Of a stretch of DNA of 36,849 nt, positions 1 to 9,384 are shown piece by piece. The stretch comes from a virus (taxonomy: Duplodnaviria; Heunggongvirae; Uroviricota; Caudoviricetes). The stretch spans positions 1 through 36,849 of IMG/VR virus record IMGVR_UViG_2529292835_000026. The stretch is one strand, 5' to 3'. A program made the translations under genes and the position numbers. Numbering within the stretch: position 1 is the first letter of the stretch; each line of letters opens with the position of its first letter. The notes beneath the pieces were generated by a model. It saw only the letters and a program-made list of their open reading frames with translations, ran no database searches and was not told the origin of the DNA.

Positions 1-483
1 ATGACGAAGAAAAAAGCACATAAACCTGGTTCAGCGACCATCGCGCTTAACAAGCGCGCCCGTCACGAATACTTTATCGAAGAAGAGTTCGAAGCGGGAC
101 TTGCCCTGCAAGGCTGGGAGGTTAAATCCCTGCGCGCAGGAAAAGCCAATATCAGCGACAGCTACGTCCTTCTGCGTGACGGAGAGGCATTTCTGTTTGG
201 CGCTAACATCACGCCAATGGCCGTGGCCTCCACGCATGTGGTGTGCGATCCTACCCGTACCCGCAAGTTACTTCTCAACCAGCGCGAACTGGACTCATTG
301 TACGGTCGCGTCAATCGAGAAGGCTATACCGTAGTGGCGCTCTCCCTGTACTGGAAAAATGCCTGGTGCAAAGTGAAAATCGGCGTCGCCAAAGGTAAAA
401 AACAGCACGATAAACGTTCAGATATCAAAGAACGCGAATGGCAGGTGGATAAAGCACGTATCATGAAAAACGCCCACCGTTAA
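1..483 (+). CDS. smpB: SsrA-binding protein SmpB, complete 160 aa
   Basis: Full-length ORF whose translation I recognise as enterobacterial SmpB; sits directly upstream of the tmRNA gene as in the canonical locus. Confidence 0.95.
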
Positions 484-697
484 ACCTGCACTCCAATTAT
501 TGACCAGTTCCTCACCGCGCCTCCCTCTCCGGCGGCGCGAATGAACATCTTATTGGCTATCACATCCGACACAAATGTTGCCATCCCATTGCTTAATCGA
601 ATAAAAATCAGGCTACATGGGTGCTAAATCTTTAACGATAACGCCATTGAGGCTGGTCATGGCGCTCATAAATCTGGTATACTTACCTTTACACATT

Positions 698-1060
698 GGG
701 GCTGATTCTGGATTCGACGGGATTTGCGAAACCCAAGGTGCATGCCGAGGGGCGGTTGGCCTCGTAAAAAGCCGCAAAAAATAGTCGCAAACGACGAAAA
801 CTACGCTTTAGCAGCTTAATAACCTGCTTAGAGCCCTCTCTCCCTAGCCTCCGCTCTTAGGACGGGGATCAAGAGAGGTCAAACCCAAAAGAGATCGCGT
901 GGAAGCCCTGCCTGGGGTTGAAGCGTTAAAACTTAATCAGGCTAGTTTGTTAGTGGCGTGTCCGTCCGCAGCTGGCAAGCGAATGTAAAGACTGACTAAG
1001 CATGTAGTACCGAGGATGTAGGAATTTCGGACGCGGGTTCAACTCCCGCCAGCTCCACCA
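698..1060 (+). ncRNA. ssrA: tmRNA (SsrA), 363 nt
   Basis: Starts GGGGCTGATTCTGGATTCGACGGG, contains the tag reading frame GCAAACGACGAAAACTACGCTTTAGCAGCTTAA (ANDENYALAA*), ends GGTTCAACTCCCGCCAGCTCCACCA. Confidence 0.95.
1016..1060. repeat. attL core: 45-bp direct repeat, 3' end of ssrA
   Basis: ATGTAGGAATTTCGGACGCGGGTTCAACTCCCGCCAGCTCCACCA repeated exactly at 36244-36288; flanking sequence diverges on both sides. Confidence 0.9.
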
Positions 1061-1070
1061 AATAAATCAA

Positions 1071-1103
1071 GGGGTTACGTGAAAGCGTAGCCCCTTTTTC
1101 TTT
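1071..1103 (+). terminator. Rho-independent terminator downstream of ssrA
   Basis: GGGGTTACG / CGTAGCCCC stem (one G-U pair), loop TGAAAG, followed by TTTTTCTTT. Confidence 0.6.
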
Positions 1104-1118
1104 GGTAGTGGCGGCAAA

Positions 1119-1157
1119 ATGGCGACAAACTTTTGCGTCTATCTTGCCTGTCGCCAT
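1119..1157. promoter_or_regulatory. Inverted repeat ATGGCGACA ... TGTCGCCAT, candidate operator or att-arm protein-binding site
   Basis: Perfect 9-bp arms (1119-1127 and 1149-1157) about 30 bp upstream of the 1184 start codon. Confidence 0.3.
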
Positions 1158-1183
1158 CTTGAAATCATGCAAAGAGGTTTCAC

Positions 1184-1666
1184 ATGGAAGAACTTCACTT
1201 TGTTTACATCAATGCAAATGGTCGTATCGGTGTTCACTCTATACAGGGCATCAGTTATAGCGAAAATCATATACAGGGCATTTGTAAGAACACCGATCGA
1301 ATAAAAACCTTCCGAAAAGACCGCATTCTTAAACAGTACGATTCACCAGAACAAGCCATTCAGGAATGCGCGTCATTCCTCCCCGAAAACTACTCACATC
1401 TCACTAAGCAGTCTGGTCCGAAAAAAAATACATTCGATGTGTGTTTCACCGGATTTAAGAAAGCAGATAAAGAAAGATTGGTTGATAAGGCGAATGAACA
1501 AGGATTAACGGTAAGAACCTCTGTAACCCAAAGCCTTCAGATGCTCTGTTGCGGTTACAATGCAGGCCCATCAAAAGTATCGGCAGCCAGGATGAAAGGC
1601 ACAATCATCATAGATGAGCCTGGCTTTATACATTTTCTTGAAACGGGTGAGATCCCAGATGAATAA
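1184..1666 (+). CDS. Small WYL-domain + BRCT-domain protein (160 aa), prophage accessory gene
   Basis: AAGAGG Shine-Dalgarno 8 nt upstream. N-terminus ends with the WYL-domain signature IKTFRKDRI; C-terminus (VCFTGF...GPSKVSAARMKGTIIIDEPGFIHFLE) has BRCT-like pattern resembling the LigA BRCT domain. Confidence 0.6.
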   Translation: MEELHFVYINANGRIGVHSIQGISYSENHIQGICKNTDRIKTFRKDRILKQYDSPEQAIQECASFLPENYSHLTKQSGPKKNTFDVCFTGFKKADKERLVDKANEQGLTVRTSVTQSLQMLCCGYNAGPSKVSAARMKGTIIIDEPGFIHFLETGEIPDE

Positions 1667-1669
1667 AAC

Positions 1670-1694
1670 CCTGCCGTAGCAGGTTCTCTTTCTC
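1670..1694. terminator. Bidirectional terminator between convergent genes
   Basis: CCTGC-CGTA-GCAGG hairpin followed by TTCTCTTTCTC on plus; on minus it is followed by GTTTTATTC. Lies between the stop codons of the 1184-1666 gene and ogr. Confidence 0.5.
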
Positions 1695-1911
1695 AAAAAT
1701 TCATATGCCCCTGACCACCTGGCAATGGATGTGGAGGAGCAGTAGCAATCAGTGCGGGTGTCACAATAAACCGGACCACTGTTTCATGGGTAACAAAAGT
1801 GCTCCCGCAGTTAATATTTTGGCACTGGCAGTAACGCTCTTTGGTGCTTTCAGTTACTTGAAAACTGCTCCTTGTGTGTGCCGCATGACCACACTTTGGA
1901 CAATTCATCAT
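1693..1911 (-). CDS. ogr: Ogr/Delta zinc-finger late transcription activator
   Basis: MNCPKCGHAAH...KERYCQCQNINCGSTF...PHPLPGGQ matches the P2 Ogr C4 zinc-finger layout; start placed at the internal Met pair, not the longer ORF start. Confidence 0.85.
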   Translation of the reverse strand: MMNCPKCGHAAHTRSSFQVTESTKERYCQCQNINCGSTFVTHETVVRFIVTPALIATAPPHPLPGGQGHMNF

Positions 1912-1979
1912 ATCCAGATCCCTACCTTTGCTATCAGAATCATTGTAATGATACACAAAATACCAATATTGAGAACCTT

Positions 1980-3080
1980 TTATTCCATTTCAAGATCATC
2001 AATCTTCACTTCGAGTTCAATACTGGTTGTAAAACCGTTATCCGGGCTGACGGTATGTGTCAGAGTCGTAATGGTCCATTCCGCATCATCTATCGGCTGT
2101 TTAAAACCACTGACTTTCACTGGCATTTCCGTGTAGAGATCTGCCCGACCTTCCGCCAGTTGTAGCGAGAATGACGCAACGCCGCGTTGCAGGCGTTCCC
2201 ACTGCATTTTCGCTGCCCGTTCAGCGTTGCTCCGGTTGGCATAAGTGCGATTAAGTACCAGCACGTTTTCATCCGTACCCACCAGGTAATCGCCCTGCTT
2301 CGCTTCCGGCTCTTTCTTCTGATTCTTAGTCCTGCGCTTACGCTTCACCGTTGTGCTTTCTTTCTTCGCGGGTTCGCGGGTATGCAACCAACTGGCAATT
2401 ACGCCCGTATAGGCTCCGCGATCTGCCAGGGTAAAGCGGTGACTGTCGCCGTCCTTACGTGTGATAGTGATCACCGGTAGTGGTTTACCGCTGGCACTTT
2501 TACCCTGTCCCTGCCGGATGAATAACAGATTGCCATTTTTCACCGACGCAATAGCACCGTACTGGCGCGCCAGCCGCATCAAAAAACTGCCGTCACTCTC
2601 ATTAGTCTGGTCTATATGCTCCACGGGTTTATCCGACAAGTCTTTAGCCAGTGCCATCTTCAGTTTGTGCCGCGCGGCTATTTCCTTCACCACTTCCCCG
2701 ACCGTGGTCTTGTGCCACGACTTTTCACGGCGGGTATTCAGCGTTTCCCGAAAATCAGCACTTCGCGCCCGGATAGTCAGGCGGTCCGGTGCGCCAGTGT
2801 GTTCAATCTCGTCCACCGTGAATGCCCCTTTCGGGAAAAGCGGCTGCCCCTTCCAACCCAGCGCCAGCGTAATGACCGCACCACGGCGCGGCAGCACGAT
2901 TTTTCCGTCAGCGTCGTCCAGCTCCAGATCAAGCTGGTCCGCTTCAAAGCCCCGGTTATCCGTCAGCGTAAGCCCCATCAGGCGGTTGTCCAGCACAGTA
3001 GTGATATCCCTGCCCTCAATACTGATGCTGAATGCGGGAGTTTTGTTGCCCTTATTAAGCAGTTCAGAGCTGAAATTCAC
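1980..3080 (-). CDS. D: P2 gpD-like tail protein (late control D)
   Basis: 366-aa ORF in the gpD position after U; start overlaps the U stop. Confidence 0.85.
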   Translation of the reverse strand: MNFSSELLNKGNKTPAFSISIEGRDITTVLDNRLMGLTLTDNRGFEADQLDLELDDADGKIVLPRRGAVITLALGWKGQPLFPKGAFTVDEIEHTGAPDRLTIRARSADFRETLNTRREKSWHKTTVGEVVKEIAARHKLKMALAKDLSDKPVEHIDQTNESDGSFLMRLARQYGAIASVKNGNLLFIRQGQGKSASGKPLPVITITRKDGDSHRFTLADRGAYTGVIASWLHTREPAKKESTTVKRKRRTKNQKKEPEAKQGDYLVGTDENVLVLNRTYANRSNAERAAKMQWERLQRGVASFSLQLAEGRADLYTEMPVKVSGFKQPIDDAEWTITTLTHTVSPDNGFTTSIELEVKIDDLEME

Positions 3081-3562
3081 GACAGCAGCCCTCCCACCGT
3101 TTTACTGATATCGCTTAAAGCAGATGTTGCCGTTTCCTGCAGATTATTCAGTTGCGCACTGAGATCACCGAACATATCGGACAGGGATTCATCCACTCGT
3201 TTGAGCGACAGGGGGAACTCAATCCGGCGCGGCATACCGTCGCGGAAAAACTCCGTTTTAGTCTGATTCAGTCCCTCAATCACATACATGCCGTAAATCG
3301 TGCCGCTGCCTTCAATCAGGGGCCATGCTTTCCCCTGTTCTGCCATCTGCTCCAGTGCCAGCAACGACAGCCTGCCGCCTGTTATCTCCGGCATAAGAAC
3401 GCCAGAAAGCGTCAGCATGTCGTTATCCGGTCCCAGAAACTGCGTTGACGGGCGTCGGTTAACCCGGCTGTTTGCCGCATGTCGCCAGCTGCGTTGATAC
3501 TGCAGTTCCTGATACGGAACGGTGCGCAGCATAAACACGTACAATCCCAGCACCATCATCAT
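3077..3562 (-). CDS. U: P2 gpU-like tail protein
   Basis: 161-aa ORF between T and D, overlapping stop/start junctions typical of the P2 tail operon. Confidence 0.85.
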   Translation of the reverse strand: MMMVLGLYVFMLRTVPYQELQYQRSWRHAANSRVNRRPSTQFLGPDNDMLTLSGVLMPEITGGRLSLLALEQMAEQGKAWPLIEGSGTIYGMYVIEGLNQTKTEFFRDGMPRRIEFPLSLKRVDESLSDMFGDLSAQLNNLQETATSALSDISKTVGGLLS

Positions 3563-6500
3563 GCGTCGTATCCCCCCTGATCGCTGTAGTTACTCCTGGC
3601 TTTTGCCTTCAGCCTGCGTTCACGTTCATCAAGCTGGCGTGCCACCTCCCGCGCAATATCCTGCGCACTTTGTCCTGGCTGCGTCTGAATGATGATCTGC
3701 GTCGGTGCCTCAATCCGTTGAACGAGCGGCACAGTGGCTGCGCGACTCACAATTGCTTCTCCACCTTTCGCGGGAAGTGCCAAAGGGTGCAACGGTGGAA
3801 GCTCTGCTGGCGCGGCAGCAACGCCCATCATTCCGGCAACAACGGCAGCCAGTGCAGCTGTATTTCTCCGGCTGGTCACATTTGCCGGGCCGTTAACAAT
3901 TTCCGGCCCGTTTTCACCGACGATGCCAAACTGCCCGCGCGGGATATACCCGCCGCTGTCATACAACCCCGCAAAGCCATATCCCCATGACGGAAAACCA
4001 CCCGATGTCATCATCACTTTACCGTCTGCATTCACCGTCGCAGGTTGCTGACGCGTCACGCTTTCCGGCAGTTTTGCCTTTGCGGCTTCTTTACTGACAA
4101 TGCCGAGTTTTTCCAGCAACCAGGATACGCCGGATTTGAGGGAGTCCAGCGGATGCATAACCATATTCAGCCCTTCCGCCAGCGCCTCCCCGAATCGTCG
4201 CCCCATTTCCGCTGCGCTCTGCAGTTCGGCAGAAGTCGACTTAACGGGTGTCAGCAGATCAGTAAACCAGCCCCACAACGCCTGCACTTTATCGCCAATC
4301 CACTGGAACACAGGCTTAAGTGGTTCGAACGCGGCACTGACGGGACCTGCCGCTGCTTTGAATCCCTCCACCACACCACCGAGAAACGCGGTGATGGGTT
4401 GCCAGTATTTCCAGACAACCAGCGCCACACCCGCCAGTGCAGTAACCACAAGACCTATCGGACTGAGCAGAGCACCTAACAGACCAGACACGGCATACAG
4501 GGCAACGCGCAGCATCGCCAGTGGACCAGATGCCAGTACTCGCAGCACCGTGCCTGCGGCGGCCAGTCCACCGCGCAGTACCGCCAGAGGATTCATAAAC
4601 ATCACAGCAACAGCACGTAAACCGGATAATCCAGACCGCAAAAGTGCAACCGGCGCACCTGCTACAGTTTTCAGGACATTTCCCGTCAGTGATGCCGTGC
4701 GGCGCAAAGACGACAACGGCGCAGTAAGTAAACCTGCGGCGTTGCCCGATGAAGCAAGCCCGCGTCGCAGCAGTGCCAGTGGTGCGCCAGCCAGCCAGGA
4801 CAACGCGCTGCTGGTTCGAGTTACTGCTGCCGTAACGGAAGATAACGTTTTGATACCCAACACAGAGAATCCCAGACGGATCACTGCCAGCGGCCCCAGC
4901 ACTGCAGCCAGCGCCACCGCTAAGGTGCCGAGGCCGACGGTAACCGCAGCCACAACAGCCGATGCTTTCATCAGTGTGCCTGTCAGTTCCGGGTTAGCTT
5001 CCACCCAGCGACGCAACGCCCCCGTGACGCTTTTCACCGTGTACAGAATATCCATCAGCGGCTGGCGCAGCGTTTCGCCCAGGCTGCTGAAGGTGTTCTG
5101 CGCTCCGGTTTTGGCCAGCAACCACTGCGCAGAAAGTGAATCCTTGTTAATGTCGGATTCTTTCTGCATGGAGCCGAGCGCATCATTGCCCGCTGTCAGT
5201 TTTAACTGACGCTGCAGTTCCGGCAGGTTGTTTGCCAGTTTCGCCGCGTCATCGCCAAACTCTTTACCAAACAACATAGTCATGGCAGACAGGCGCTTGT
5301 CCTGCGGCAGCGCGTTTACCTTCTCCAGCACGCGCTGGATGGTTCCCATCGCATCCTTCGTCATCTGCTTTTCAATCACTTCAGGATTGAGTTTCAGCAG
5401 ATTCATCCCTTCAAAGAAACTCTTGCTTTGCATGGTGGCAATGGACAATTCACGCACCATCGCGTTTGCTGCACTGGCTGCAACCTCTGGCGCAGCGCCC
5501 AGTGTCAGGAAGGTGGAACCCAGCGCCGCCGCTTTACGATAATCCAGACGGTCAGCCACACCGCCCAGACGTTGCATCACATCAATGATGTCTGCCCCTT
5601 TCGACATGGCGTTATCATCCAGATAGTTCAGCGCATCACCGAGCTGTTCAATATTGCGGGTGGGGATTTTGTAGAGCTGGGCGATTTTCCCCAGACTTTC
5701 TGACAGTTCATCCGCTGGCAGCTCAAAGGCTGTTGCCGCCTTTGCTGCCGTACTGGCGAAGGCCAGCAGGTCACGTTTCTGATCTTCCCAGCTGTCGTCA
5801 GGGTTTGCGACGTTCATGCGCGCACCACCTTCAACCAGTGCAGCGAAGTCCACCGCACCGTTTTCCATCGGCAACTGTTCGCTGGCAGCCTTGATGGCAT
5901 CCTGCATTTCATAAAAACGTGCAGTGCGGTTGCCATTATCGTCACGCAGACCATTGACCTGCTTTGCCACACCTTTCATGGCATCTTCCATGCTGGTATA
6001 GCTTTTTACTGCCGCCATCACTGGCGCACCCATTGCCAGCCCTGCAGCCGTGGTGGTGGCTCCGGCACCTGCAATACGATCACGCACCTCCAGCGAACGG
6101 GCATAACTGGCACGCGCTGCATTCATCCTGCGCTGAGCTTCCCCCAGTCGCTTCAGCCGCGCCTCCTGTTTCGAAAGTTCCTGGTTATAACGTGATGTTT
6201 CACGGGCTAAACGGGCAGTTGCTCCCGCATCGTCTTTCGCAGAAATTCCCGCCCGGTACAGTTCAGCACGCACAAGCGCCGTCTGCTGCTGCAGCTTTTT
6301 CTTGCGTTCTTCCAGGCGCTGAACAGCCAGCCGTTGACGGCCCAGAGCAACAACCTGACGTTGCGAAGGCGGCCCCATCGCTCCCAGTTCCTGACTGAGC
6401 AAATTTGCACGCTGGCGGGCATAGTTCAGACTGTCGCCTAATTTCTGATTTTCTGCCTGCAGCTTTCGGAAGCTGTCCAGACTGCTCCCGGCCTGATCAA

Positions 6501-6636
6501 GCTGCTTTATTGCATCGCGGGATTTTTTGACAGCAGCAGCCAGTTCTCTTGAACTGGCCTGCGCAGATCGAAATGGGCGGGTGAGCTTGTCAACCGCATT
6601 AAGAATGACCTGCAGACGCAGGTTGTTATCACTCAT
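3559..6636 (-). CDS. T: Tail tape measure protein (gpT-like), 1025 aa
   Basis: Long Ala/Leu/Gln-rich coiled-coil N-terminus plus hydrophobic Gly/Ala-rich central segments; positioned after E/E'. Confidence 0.9.
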   Translation of the reverse strand: MSDNNLRLQVILNAVDKLTRPFRSAQASSRELAAAVKKSRDAIKQLDQAGSSLDSFRKLQAENQKLGDSLNYARQRANLLSQELGAMGPPSQRQVVALGRQRLAVQRLEERKKKLQQQTALVRAELYRAGISAKDDAGATARLARETSRYNQELSKQEARLKRLGEAQRRMNAARASYARSLEVRDRIAGAGATTTAAGLAMGAPVMAAVKSYTSMEDAMKGVAKQVNGLRDDNGNRTARFYEMQDAIKAASEQLPMENGAVDFAALVEGGARMNVANPDDSWEDQKRDLLAFASTAAKAATAFELPADELSESLGKIAQLYKIPTRNIEQLGDALNYLDDNAMSKGADIIDVMQRLGGVADRLDYRKAAALGSTFLTLGAAPEVAASAANAMVRELSIATMQSKSFFEGMNLLKLNPEVIEKQMTKDAMGTIQRVLEKVNALPQDKRLSAMTMLFGKEFGDDAAKLANNLPELQRQLKLTAGNDALGSMQKESDINKDSLSAQWLLAKTGAQNTFSSLGETLRQPLMDILYTVKSVTGALRRWVEANPELTGTLMKASAVVAAVTVGLGTLAVALAAVLGPLAVIRLGFSVLGIKTLSSVTAAVTRTSSALSWLAGAPLALLRRGLASSGNAAGLLTAPLSSLRRTASLTGNVLKTVAGAPVALLRSGLSGLRAVAVMFMNPLAVLRGGLAAAGTVLRVLASGPLAMLRVALYAVSGLLGALLSPIGLVVTALAGVALVVWKYWQPITAFLGGVVEGFKAAAGPVSAAFEPLKPVFQWIGDKVQALWGWFTDLLTPVKSTSAELQSAAEMGRRFGEALAEGLNMVMHPLDSLKSGVSWLLEKLGIVSKEAAKAKLPESVTRQQPATVNADGKVMMTSGGFPSWGYGFAGLYDSGGYIPRGQFGIVGENGPEIVNGPANVTSRRNTAALAAVVAGMMGVAAAPAELPPLHPLALPAKGGEAIVSRAATVPLVQRIEAPTQIIIQTQPGQSAQDIAREVARQLDERERRLKAKARSNYSDQGGYDA

Positions 6637-7065
6637 CGTTGGCCCCGCTTCTCTGAATCGCTTTATACCGCCATTCCAGCACTTCGGTCAGCGGCATAAC
6701 GTCAGTAACGGATGGCGGCCAGTGAAAAATGGTGGCGATATCTGCCACCAGATCGTCAACCGTCAGGCTGTCGGTAAACCGGCAAGCACCGACTTCTTCA
6801 ACAAAAAAGTGACAACCTCAACCGACATGGCAGTGAGATCTGCCGGGTCCATCTCTGCAATTTCCTGTGCAGTCAGTGCCGGACTGGAGATGCGGGGGAT
6901 CACGGTCATCATCGCGTTTACATCCATATCCATAATGGCCTGCAGGCGTGTACCGCGCAGCGCACCGGACTGCGGTTTACGCAGCACAATTTCGGTGATT
7001 TCTGTTTTACCGCGCTTGATGGGGGTATCCAGTTGAATGGTCTTTTCAGTCTGCTTATCACTCAT
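6629..7065 (-). CDS. gpE+E' fusion made by programmed -1 frameshift
   Basis: Slippery TTTTTTG at 6802-6808 (minus strand). The -1 frame is open for 47 codons from the slip site to a TGA at 6629-6631, which overlaps the T start codon (GATGAGTGA). Confidence 0.75.
6763..7065 (-). CDS. E: Tail assembly chaperone gpE
   Basis: 100-aa ORF upstream of T; contains the TTTTTTG slippery heptamer near its 3' end. Confidence 0.85.
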   Translation of the reverse strand: MSDKQTEKTIQLDTPIKRGKTEITEIVLRKPQSGALRGTRLQAIMDMDVNAMMTVIPRISSPALTAQEIAEMDPADLTAMSVEVVTFLLKKSVLAGLPTA

Positions 7066-7119
7066 TTTTCTGTCCTGTAAATTGGGTTCTGGCGCGGCAT
7101 TCCGCGCCGTTCAGATACA

Positions 7120-7635
7120 TCAGAGGCCGAGGGCGTTGCGGTGCGCTTCCATCAGGTCCACACCGTCCACAATTTCCACCATGTTGATAAGGTCCACTTC
7201 ATAGAGCACCTCACCATTGATAGTCAGCTTCGCGTAACTGTTGGTACTGGTCACTTTGGTGGTGTTGCTTTCGCCCGTCTTCCACTCGCCGGAGTCCACT
7301 TCTTTGTGACGTCCACGCACCACAAGCTCCACGGCCTGTACTTCCCCGGTATCATCACGCTGGATAGAGCCGGTAAAGCGCAACTGGATGCCATCCACCG
7401 TGGCTTTGCCCATCTGTTTAAACAGCAGCAGTTCAGTACCACCAATGGAAAATTCTGTGTCCAGAGCACTGTCATCAAGCCCCAGATCCACATCCACTGC
7501 ACCCGGCATTCCGCCGCCGCGATACTTCTCATATTTGCGGGTGAATTTCGGCAGCGTCAGCGACTCTACGATCCCCTGCCAGTTGTTCCCGTCGTTAAAC
7601 AGGTTCAGATGTTTTAATTTGCGTGGTAAAGCCAT
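7120..7635 (-). CDS. FII: Tail tube protein (gpFII-like)
   Basis: 171-aa ORF directly downstream of the sheath gene. Confidence 0.9.
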   Translation of the reverse strand: MALPRKLKHLNLFNDGNNWQGIVESLTLPKFTRKYEKYRGGGMPGAVDVDLGLDDSALDTEFSIGGTELLLFKQMGKATVDGIQLRFTGSIQRDDTGEVQAVELVVRGRHKEVDSGEWKTGESNTTKVTSTNSYAKLTINGEVLYEVDLINMVEIVDGVDLMEAHRNALGL

Positions 7636-7644
7636 GTTGTCCCC

Positions 7645-8817
7645 TTACGCGCTGACCTGGCTGGCAAAATTCACCAGGTACTGATCGGTGATGCGCTGGC
7701 GCAGCATCAGATTTTCAAGTGGCGGCACTGGCGTGTAGTCATAGTCGATGGTGAGTTTTCCGGCTTTCAGCGTGTCTTTGTCGTTCACCGACTCATCCAG
7801 CCAGCAATCACCACCAATGAGATAGCCCTGACTGACCAGGCTGCGCATTTTGGCGCGGATACCTTCGATAATGTCGCGGGCCAGCGACGGGTTAAGCGGT
7901 TTATCCACTGCCCACATGTGCGCTTCTGCCATTGTGTCCGTCAGCACCTGCGCCGTGCGGGTGTAGTTTTCGAAGGCAAAGAGCGGGTCATCACTCAGGC
8001 AGCGGGAACCCCAGAAGCGGAAACCGTCTTTACGCACAAGCGTGGTGACGTCGTTCTGGTTCAGCAGACCTGCATCGGTTGCCGGGTCCTGCAGATCCCA
8101 GAACACATCTGCAGAAATTCCGGTGACACCGTTCACGCCCACGTTGGACAGGCTTTTGTGCCACCCGGTCTGCTCATCAATTTTGGCACGCAGACCAAGC
8201 GCACGGGCGGTGGCATATGCCGTTGCTTCGGCATTCAGCACCGTGTCCCAGCCAGTAAAGTCGGGCCAGATCAGCATTCCTTCGCGCTGGCTGAAGTTTT
8301 CACGGTAAGTGATCGCCTCCTGTACCGTCTTGCAGCCATACGCTGACAGGTAAGCAAACCCACGCAGGCTTTGCGCCACGCTCAGCAACTCAGTCGCAAC
8401 GGCTTTGTTATCGTGACCTGGCACGCCGAGAATGCGCGGTTTAACGCCGAGCTGTGACTGGGCAGATAGCAGGGCTTTCATGCCTGTTTTTTTACCTTCA
8501 GCAGTCACAGCGCCGATGATATTGGTCGTGGTTTCGTCTTCCGTTTCACCCTGCGGCACACGCACAACAACGGTCACGGGTTTTGCCTGGTCAGCGATGG
8601 CATCCAGCGAACGGGCCAGAGTACCGGACTCACCCGCTTTACCGCTGGCAGTCAGCACATCAGTGATCAGCACGGGTTTATTAAGAGGAAACATTTTTGC
8701 ATCGGCATCATCGCCCGTGCAGACCATACCCACGATGGCGGTGCTCACCGTGGTAATGGATCGGGTGCCTTCGTTGACTTCAACAACGCGCACCCCGTGG
8801 TGGTAATCCTGAGCCAT
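7645..8817 (-). CDS. FI: Contractile tail sheath protein (gpFI-like)
   Basis: 390-aa ORF at the head of the FI-FII-E-T-U-D operon. Confidence 0.9.
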   Translation of the reverse strand: MAQDYHHGVRVVEVNEGTRSITTVSTAIVGMVCTGDDADAKMFPLNKPVLITDVLTASGKAGESGTLARSLDAIADQAKPVTVVVRVPQGETEDETTTNIIGAVTAEGKKTGMKALLSAQSQLGVKPRILGVPGHDNKAVATELLSVAQSLRGFAYLSAYGCKTVQEAITYRENFSQREGMLIWPDFTGWDTVLNAEATAYATARALGLRAKIDEQTGWHKSLSNVGVNGVTGISADVFWDLQDPATDAGLLNQNDVTTLVRKDGFRFWGSRCLSDDPLFAFENYTRTAQVLTDTMAEAHMWAVDKPLNPSLARDIIEGIRAKMRSLVSQGYLIGGDCWLDESVNDKDTLKAGKLTIDYDYTPVPPLENLMLRQRITDQYLVNFASQVSA

Positions 8818-8892
8818 AAGGCAGTCTCTCCGGTAGTAGAGGGGGTCTGCCTATGTTCTGGTTGATACGAGCAGGATGCACGTTATGTGGTT

Positions 8893-8910
8893 TGTATGAA
8901 AAATGGCACA
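8893..8910. promoter_or_regulatory. Candidate Ogr-dependent late promoter element (TGT-N12-ACA) upstream of FI
   Basis: TGTATGAAAAATGGCACA about 85 bp upstream of the FI start; shares TGTATGA...GGCACA with the dyad upstream of V. Confidence 0.5.
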
Positions 8911-8949
8911 ACGGCGGATACAGGAATCCCCGCAGACGCGGGGATGTAT

Positions 8950-9384
8950 TCAGACTTCTGGTGATAAAGGCCAGACTATATCCGGGGCATCACTTACATT
9001 AATATTTTCAAGTAACTCAAGATAATCCAGCATCGCATTAAATCTGGTTGTCTCCATTTCGTTCAGCCTGCCAAGCTGTAATTTTGATGGCCATTGTTTT
9101 TCATTAATCAGGTTGTTAGCCTCATTAATGCGCATCTGTTTCATCATTTCTGCCTGTTCCACCTGTTCCTCATGGGTCAATGGTGGACGTTCTTCCCATG
9201 ATGGCTGGTTATCAGTGCCTGCAACCATTTTGTACCCTTCCCGATAACCAAGATAAAACTCCTGATAGACTGCATCACTTACCTCAATACAGTCATCCGG
9301 CCACGCATCGAGAGCATCGTAATAATCAGATTTCAGTTCACTGTTATAAAATGCATTTCTTGATGGACTGTAAAAATAACTCAT
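8950..9384 (-). CDS. Tail fiber assembly protein (Tfa/gpG-like)
   Basis: Start ATG overlaps the H stop (ATGA) with GGAGGGGG Shine-Dalgarno; C-terminus ...SDAPDIVWPLSPEV resembles the Tfa C-terminal motif. Confidence 0.8.
   Translation of the reverse strand: MSYFYSPSRNAFYNSELKSDYYDALDAWPDDCIEVSDAVYQEFYLGYREGYKMVAGTDNQPSWEERPPLTHEEQVEQAEMMKQMRINEANNLINEKQWPSKLQLGRLNEMETTRFNAMLDYLELLENINVSDAPDIVWPLSPEV

Noticed and set aside
4100-5209. 369-aa plus-strand ORF rich in Ala/Ser/Pro/Thr inside the tape measure gene
   Set aside because: Antisense shadow ORF of the GC-rich tape-measure gene; low-complexity composition, no ribosome-binding site, fully nested in a confidently called gene.
8818-8949. 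Z/fun-type cargo hotspot between the tail fiber assembly gene and FI
   Set aside because: Only 132 bp of intergenic DNA containing the candidate late-promoter dyad; no inserted gene.
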